5,130 nt of DNA, from IMG/VR virus record IMGVR_UViG_3300017735_001422. One strand, given 5' to 3'. Origin of the DNA: a virus. How positions within the stretch are numbered: the first letter of the stretch is position 1; each line of letters begins with the position of its first letter. Both the position numbers and the translations under genes were made by a program. Shown here one piece after another: positions 1 through 4,128 of the stretch. Below the pieces are notes generated by a model that saw only the letters and a list, made by a program, of their open reading frames with translations, did not search any database and was not told the DNA's origin.

Positions 1-101
1 GGGAATTAAAAAAGTACGAGAACGAAAGAAGAAACTTAAAGAAGTTAGAGAGGATACAAAAACTGTATGGAGTGAAACCTATTAATGAGCCACAAATGTA
101 A
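1..101 (+). CDS. VP4: Redundant 3' fragment of the VP4 replication-initiator CDS (same sequence as 5008..5108).
   Basis: Reading from position 3 gives ELKKYENERRNLKKLERIQKLYGVKPINEPQM followed by TAA at 99..101. This is identical to the C-terminus of the 326-aa ORF at 4128..5108. Confidence 0.9.
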   Translation, partial: ELKKYENERRNLKKLERIQKLYGVKPINEPQM

Positions 102-123
102 AATTTGTTCCTCAAAATAGGGA
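1..123. repeat. Terminal direct repeat, copy 1. It is identical to 5008..5130 and reflects assembly overlap of a circular genome with a 5007-nt unit length.
   Basis: Base-by-base comparison of both ends shows 1..123 = 5008..5130 with no mismatch. The repeat runs through the 3' end of the VP4 ORF and into the downstream non-coding region, which fits a linearised circle rather than a biological terminal repeat. Confidence 0.95.
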
Positions 124-144
124 TATTAAAAAAAAAGTGTATAT

Positions 145-166
145 TAGCACATGTAAACCCGTGCTA
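145..166 (+). other. Stem-loop in non-coding region 1: TAGCAC, a 10-nt loop (ATGTAAACCC), then GTGCTA.
   Basis: There is a perfect 6-bp inverted repeat at 145..150 and 161..166. It is the most G+C-containing element of an otherwise A/T-dominated intergenic region and is flanked by a 9-A tract (128..136). Its function is unknown. Candidate roles are an ssDNA structural element, a complementary-strand origin or a recombination site. Confidence 0.4.
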
Positions 167-179
167 GGGGAGATATAGA

Positions 180-208
180 TCGACAAAACTTATTATACAT
201 AGTATAAA
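180..208 (+). promoter_or_regulatory. Candidate sigma70-like promoter: TCGACA, 17-nt spacer, TATAAA.
   Basis: The -35-like TCGACA lies at 180..185 (5/6 match to TTGACA). The spacer is exactly 17 nt (186..202). The -10-like TATAAA lies at 203..208 (5/6 match to TATAAT). It faces the small-ORF/VP1 block. Such matches are common in AT-rich DNA, and the consensus would not apply if the host is a Bacteroidota member. Confidence 0.3.
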
Positions 209-295
209 TTATAGGACAAAATCGATTTGCGAAGGAGATTCAGAGTAAAAGTAATAAAAAAAATTGATTGAATATTAATGCAATAAATAAAACCT

Positions 296-382
296 ATGAC
301 AACAAACGAGAAACTACTAGAGATTAAACAAGCAAAAAACTTTTGGGAATGGTACAAACTAATATGGAAGTACTATGGGTAA
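296..382 (+). CDS. Possible 28-codon leader ORF (MTTNEKLLEIKQAKNFWEWYKLIWKYYG), too short to appear in the supplied ORF track.
   Basis: Hand translation runs from ATG 296..298 to TAA 380..382. Its stop overlaps the ATG (375..377) of the 78-aa ORF within the sequence ATGGGTAA. The C-terminal half is Trp/Tyr-rich. No homology is recognised and it may not be translated. Confidence 0.2.
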   Translation: MTTNEKLLEIKQAKNFWEWYKLIWKYYG

Positions 383-611
383 GAACAGGACACAATTCGA
401 ACACATGATAAGACATAGGAAATCAATAATATGGTTGACGAAAAGTCAGTATGTGGATGGTGAAACAGGAGAAATAATAATTAAAGAACGAGTAAAAAAC
501 GGTGAATATTATAAATTAAATCAACAAATAAACTATGAAAACGAAGGAAACAAAAGAATCAAAACAATCACAACAGAATGTAAAAGAAGTAACCAAAGAA
601 GGCTCTTCTGA
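375..611 (+). CDS. Hypothetical small basic protein, 78 aa.
   Basis: The ORF is on the coding strand in the only gene-sized gap of the genome, and its A-ending codon usage resembles the large genes for most of its length. Both termini are basic (MGKNRTQFEHMIRHRKS... and ...NKRIKTITTECKRSNQRRLF). The last 77 nt overlap the next ORF and show atypical C-ending codons. A role as a DNA-binding or packaging protein is speculative. Confidence 0.5.
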   Translation: MGKNRTQFEHMIRHRKSIIWLTKSQYVDGETGEIIIKERVKNGEYYKLNQQINYENEGNKRIKTITTECKRSNQRRLF

Positions 612-825
612 AACAATAAGTAGAGAAGATGTAAAAGATAGTCCTTTTACAATAATAACAATAGATGGAAAGAGCTTCGGTACGATGGGAGACTATAGAG
701 TGACCCAAGAGGGCACGCTAAAAGAAATAAAAAAGCAACTAAAGACAATAACATGGAATAGAATAATTCAAGTGATAATGTTGCTAGATGAAATGAAAAA
801 TAACCTAAAAACAAATAAAAAATGA
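535..825 (+). CDS. Hypothetical protein, 96 aa, immediately upstream of VP1 and coupled to it.
   Basis: Codon usage matches the capsid gene (GAA/AAA/ACA-type codons with A at third positions). Its TGA stop (823..825) overlaps the VP1 ATG (822..824) in an ATGA junction. The protein has a K/E/S/T-rich N-terminus followed by a compact region (SPFTIITIDGKSFGTMGDYRVTQEGTLKEIKKQL...). No family is recognised. Confidence 0.6.
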   Translation: MKTKETKESKQSQQNVKEVTKEGSSETISREDVKDSPFTIITIDGKSFGTMGDYRVTQEGTLKEIKKQLKTITWNRIIQVIMLLDEMKNNLKTNKK

Positions 826-2831
826 AAACAGAAATTGGAGGCGATCGCTTAGGATCGGGAAACAAAGAGGCAGTAAGCCTAAAAAATTACAGCAGAAGTA
901 CGCATGACTTAGGGTATATCTGGAGAAGTAGTATGAGCAGTGGAACATTAGTACCGTTTATGAGTGAGGTAGCACTACCAGGGGATTCCTTTGACATCGA
1001 CTTAGATTGCGATGTAAAGACGTTACCAACAGTGGGTCCACTGTTTGGAAGCTACAAGGTACAATTGGACGTGTTCCAGTGTCCAGTAAGATTATATCAA
1101 GGAAAGTTACATATGAACATGCTGAATATAGGGATGGATATGAGCCAAATATTGCTACCGCAAATAAAAATGTATGCTAATTATGATGAAGATAAAGGCG
1201 ATAACCAACAAATAAACAGTAGTAGTATATACTCATATTTAAATATGAGAGGATTAGGAAGAACACAAGGAGGAGGAGCATATGCAAGAAGAAATTTTAA
1301 TGCAATACCATATTTAGGATACTGGGATATCTATAAAAATTATTTTGCAAATAAGATGGAGGAAAGAGGATATGTAATACACGCTAGTGAATGGGATAAT
1401 GGATGGGACACGTTTAGTGCAAGTCTGACATCAATGGGTGTAACTAGTGACGTATTAGATAATGAAGTAGCAGTAAATACAACTGCAATAAGTGGATTAA
1501 AGTTGGTGATAGTAGGAAAATGGCAGGCAAACGATGTGCCACAGAATGGAGAGCCAAATTTGGATGAAATAATGTTAAAAGTAGATAGTCTATTAGTACC
1601 AATAACAACATTATTTGAGAGTGTAGTATATGAAAATACAGAACCAGAAGGAAATATAACGATAACATGTACAAATTGGCAAAGTGTAGAAGCAGCAGCA
1701 ACAGAAATAGAATATGAAGATCAAACAATAAATAATACAGTAGAAGTAACAGAGGGAAGACCGCAATTAACATCATTTCCGTTGGATAATATAGATGACA
1801 TGAGAATGGATATTCTAGAAGCGGTAAGAGATACAACAGCGTTTGAAATAACTGATACAACAGAAGCACCATACGGATTAGGATTAGGAGCAGAAGGGAG
1901 TTTAGCAGGAGGAAAATACTATAAACTAAGTAGTCAAGAAGGATTAGCAATTAAAACATATCAAAGTGATTTGTTTAATAATTGGATTAGCACAGAATGG
2001 ATAGACGGAACAAACGGGATCAATGAAGTAACGGCAGTAAGTACAGCAGGAAATGAGTTTACGATAGACTCGTTAAACTTAGCGAATAAAGTATATAATA
2101 TGCTAAATAGAATCGCAATAAGCGGAGGAAGTTATGATGATTGGTTAGATGCGGTATATACGCATGAAAGAAGTAAAAGCTGTGAGAACCCAATGTATTT
2201 GGGGAGTCTAATAAAAGAATTAGGATTCGAAGAAGTGGTTAGCGTAGCAGATACAGAAGTAGGTGGAGAAGAGCAACCATTAGGAACGTTAGCAGGTAGA
2301 GGAAGATTGACAGGTAAAAATAAAGGTGGAAAGATAAAAGTAAAAGTAGATGAGCCGAGTTATATAATCGGACTCGTAAGCTTGACGCCTAGAATAGATT
2401 ACAGTCAAGGAAACAAATGGGATACAAATCTGAAAACGATGAATGACTTGCATAAGCCAGCGTTAGATGAAATAGGATATCAAGATTTAATAACGGATCA
2501 AATGGCTTGGTTTGATACAACAGCAACAACGGGAGGAGTAGTAACATATAGTACAGCAGGAAAACAACCAGCATGGATAAATTATATGACAAATGTAAAT
2601 CAGACAAGAGGAAACTTCGCAGAGCAAAATCAAGAAATGTTTATGACATTAAACAGAAGATATGAAAAAGAACTAACGGGAATACAAGATTTAACAACAT
2701 ATGTAGATCCAAGTAAGTATAATAACATATTTGCACAGACAAGTCTAGATAGCCAGAATTTCTGGGTACAAATTAGTAACAAAATAACAGCACGTAGAAA
2801 AATGAGTGCGAAAGTAATACCAAATCTATAA
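822..2831 (+). CDS. VP1: Major capsid protein VP1 (Microviridae F-protein family).
   Basis: At 669 aa this is the largest ORF. The N-terminal block RSTHDLGYIWRSSMSSGTLVPFMSEVALPGDSFDIDLD...LPTVGPLFGSYKVQLDVFQCPVRLYQ matches the conserved VP1/F pattern as I recall it (hDLS...G.L.P....LPGD.F ... GP.FGs.K ... P.RLY). The size and the position in a 5-kb single-strand-coded genome with VP2 and VP4 partners also fit. Confidence 0.93.
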   Translation: MKTEIGGDRLGSGNKEAVSLKNYSRSTHDLGYIWRSSMSSGTLVPFMSEVALPGDSFDIDLDCDVKTLPTVGPLFGSYKVQLDVFQCPVRLYQGKLHMNMLNIGMDMSQILLPQIKMYANYDEDKGDNQQINSSSIYSYLNMRGLGRTQGGGAYARRNFNAIPYLGYWDIYKNYFANKMEERGYVIHASEWDNGWDTFSASLTSMGVTSDVLDNEVAVNTTAISGLKLVIVGKWQANDVPQNGEPNLDEIMLKVDSLLVPITTLFESVVYENTEPEGNITITCTNWQSVEAAATEIEYEDQTINNTVEVTEGRPQLTSFPLDNIDDMRMDILEAVRDTTAFEITDTTEAPYGLGLGAEGSLAGGKYYKLSSQEGLAIKTYQSDLFNNWISTEWIDGTNGINEVTAVSTAGNEFTIDSLNLANKVYNMLNRIAISGGSYDDWLDAVYTHERSKSCENPMYLGSLIKELGFEEVVSVADTEVGGEEQPLGTLAGRGRLTGKNKGGKIKVKVDEPSYIIGLVSLTPRIDYSQGNKWDTNLKTMNDLHKPALDEIGYQDLITDQMAWFDTTATTGGVVTYSTAGKQPAWINYMTNVNQTRGNFAEQNQEMFMTLNRRYEKELTGIQDLTTYVDPSKYNNIFAQTSLDSQNFWVQISNKITARRKMSAKVIPNL

Positions 2832-2835
2832 GAAA

Positions 2836-3180
2836 ATGGGATATAAATATAAAAAGGCAGTAAAAAGTCAAATGAAAAGCGTTGAGTGTGTAGAGGGTGA
2901 ACCAATAGAACACAAAATAGAAAGAATAGTAAGTAATAAAGAACCAATTACAGATGGAGCGCCAAGTATATTTACGGAGCGTAAAGATGGTGTAATAAGT
3001 GCGTATAATATAAGGACGGACAGGTGGGAAATAGCTAGTGAAGCTATGGATAAAGTAAGCGGAAGTGTGCAAGCAAAGAGAGATGCAAAAGCAGCGGTAA
3101 AAACGGAAAAAGAAACTAAAGTAGTGAAATTGGATGTGGATAGCGGAGCTAAGTCAACAGAAGGCACAAAAGGAGCTTAA
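2836..3180 (+). CDS. Hypothetical protein, 114 aa, between VP1 and VP2. It may be a morphogenesis or scaffolding-type protein, judged by position only.
   Basis: It starts 4 nt after the VP1 stop, shares the codon bias of the large genes, and is followed by a strong hairpin at 3184..3216. The central segment EPITDGAPSIFTERKDGVISAYNIRTDRWEIASEAM looks like a folded, conserved core. The C-terminus is a K/A/E/T-rich low-complexity tail. I see no resemblance to the gokushovirus VP3 scaffold. Confidence 0.7.
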   Translation: MGYKYKKAVKSQMKSVECVEGEPIEHKIERIVSNKEPITDGAPSIFTERKDGVISAYNIRTDRWEIASEAMDKVSGSVQAKRDAKAAVKTEKETKVVKLDVDSGAKSTEGTKGA

Positions 3181-3183
3181 AAA

Positions 3184-3216
3184 AATTAAATGGGGGAGTA
3201 AAATCCCCCTTTAATT
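3184..3216 (+). terminator. Long bulged hairpin, a candidate intrinsic (possibly bidirectional) terminator after the capsid block.
   Basis: AATTAAA (3184..3190), a bulged t3191 and GGGGGA (3192..3197) form one arm. The loop is GTAAAA (3198..3203). TCCCCC (3204..3209) and TTTAATT (3210..3216) form the other arm, giving 13 bp with one bulge. The G/C core is followed by a short T run and preceded by an A tract. It begins 4 nt after the TAA of the 114-aa ORF. G5 and C5 runs appear rare in this C-poor genome, judged by eye. Confidence 0.6.
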
Positions 3217-3263
3217 AAAGCAGGTGGTACGCATCTGTTCTTATATATGTACTTAAAAGAAAT

Positions 3264-3278
3264 CGCTTTAAAAAAGCG
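3264..3278 (+). other. Small stem-loop CGCTTT-AAA-AAAGCG in non-coding region 2.
   Basis: There is a perfect 6-bp inverted repeat with a 3-nt loop, 25 nt upstream of the VP2 start. No T tract follows it, so it is not a classical terminator. It may be an ssDNA or mRNA structural element. Confidence 0.35.
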
Positions 3279-3303
3279 CGAAATAAAATAAATAATAGAA
3301 ATT

Positions 3304-4128
3304 ATGTTAGGAAAATTAATGGGTGTGGCATTAGGAAATGCAGAAACGCGAAGAGGTAATAAAGTTGAAAGGGGAATGATGCAGCAGCAATATGAAAATC
3401 AAAGAAATCTGAATCAACAAGGGCATGAATTACAAATGGATATGTGGAATAAAACAAACTATGGGGCACAGTTACAACATATGAAAGATGCAGGGTTAAA
3501 CCCAGGATTAATGTATGGAATGGGAGGCGGCGGCGGAACAACCGCAGGAAGTCAAGGCGGAGGAAGTGCAGCAAAAGGAAGTGCACAAAAACAAATGGGT
3601 ATAGAAGGTTTGATGGCAGCAGCACAAACAGAATTAATAAACGCACAAAAGAAAAATGTTGATGCGGATACACAAAACAAAATAGATCAAAACCCAAATA
3701 TAGATAAGCAAGGAGAAAATTTAGATGCAAATACAAAATTAGTAAAACAAAGTTTAGATAATAAATTAGAAGAATTAAGAAAGCAAAAACTAGAAAATGA
3801 TCTAACAGAAGATACATACAATAGTCAAGTAATAAAAGCAGAAGCAGAAGCAAGTAATGAATGGTTAAAAGCAAATTTAACGGCAGCAACAATAAAGAAA
3901 ACTGAACAAGAAACAGAAGCGATAAGACAAAAATTAATAATAGCGTGGAAACAATTAAAAGTAAATAAAGATAATGCTGATACAGGAAGATATAATGCGA
4001 AAACAAACCAGAGCAATGCAAAAATAAATAAATACAAAGCAGAAGCTAGTGTAATATTACAAAACGCAGGACTAGGAATACAAGAACAAAAATTAATAAT
4101 CGATGGATTAGGGAAACTATTGAGGTAA
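3304..4128 (+). CDS. VP2: Minor capsid / DNA pilot protein VP2 (phiX174 H-like).
   Basis: This 274-aa protein contains MKDAGLNPGLMYG (the AGLNP motif I associate with microvirus VP2 proteins). A Gly-rich tract follows (GMGGGGGTTAGSQGGGS), then about 170 aa of K/E/Q/N-rich, apparently helical sequence. It lies directly upstream of VP4 and overlaps it. An alternative start is at ATG 3319. Confidence 0.8.
   Translation: MLGKLMGVALGNAETRRGNKVERGMMQQQYENQRNLNQQGHELQMDMWNKTNYGAQLQHMKDAGLNPGLMYGMGGGGGTTAGSQGGGSAAKGSAQKQMGIEGLMAAAQTELINAQKKNVDADTQNKIDQNPNIDKQGENLDANTKLVKQSLDNKLEELRKQKLENDLTEDTYNSQVIKAEAEASNEWLKANLTAATIKKTEQETEAIRQKLIIAWKQLKVNKDNADTGRYNAKTNQSNAKINKYKAEASVILQNAGLGIQEQKLIIDGLGKLLR

Noticed and set aside
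97-111. A Bacteroides-type -7 promoter element (TAnnTTTG) at TAAAATTTG just after the VP4 stop, and TCGATTTG at 222..229.
   Set aside because: The first has one base too many between TA and TTTG, and the second has C in place of the A. Neither has a TTTG -33 partner at the right distance, so I cannot support a call.
1-123. The terminal repeat as a biological direct terminal repeat or as attL/attR of a prophage.
   Set aside because: The repeat is perfectly identical and begins in the middle of a codon inside VP4. It simply continues the circle and no flanking non-phage sequence is present. Assembly overlap of a circular replicon is the simplest explanation.
232-237. A strong Shine-Dalgarno-like AAGGAG in NCR1.
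   Set aside because: No ATG, GTG or TTG lies within 4..12 nt downstream. The nearest readable frame (ATT at 238) runs only 9 codons to a TGA. It is probably fortuitous in a purine-rich sequence.
494-505. An in-phase A_AAA_AAC slippery heptamer in ORF78 that might fuse ORF78 to ORF96 by -1 frameshifting.
   Set aside because: After a -1 slip the reading frame hits TGA at 503..505 two codons later. In addition, ORF96 lies in the +1 frame, not the -1 frame, relative to ORF78. No downstream structure is evident.
609-825. Alternative genetic code (TGA read as Trp, as in Mollicutes hosts), because ORF78 and ORF96 end in TGA while the other genes end in TAA.
   Set aside because: Reading through either TGA adds only 3 codons (ORF78, to TAG at 621..623) or 8 codons (ORF96) before a TAG. 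All large ORFs are intact under the standard code and use TGG for Trp. There is no support for recoding.
1875-1890. The short tandem repeat GGATTA-GGATTA-GGAG inside VP1.
   Set aside because: It is just two and a half copies encoding GLGLG in frame, with no further periodicity. It is not a repeat element or a CRISPR-like structure.
3219-3250. A sigma70-like promoter for the VP2/VP4 block around TATATA (3242..3247).
   Set aside because: No acceptable -35 hexamer lies 16..18 nt upstream (AGCAGG). A -10-like hexamer alone is expected by chance in AT-rich sequence.
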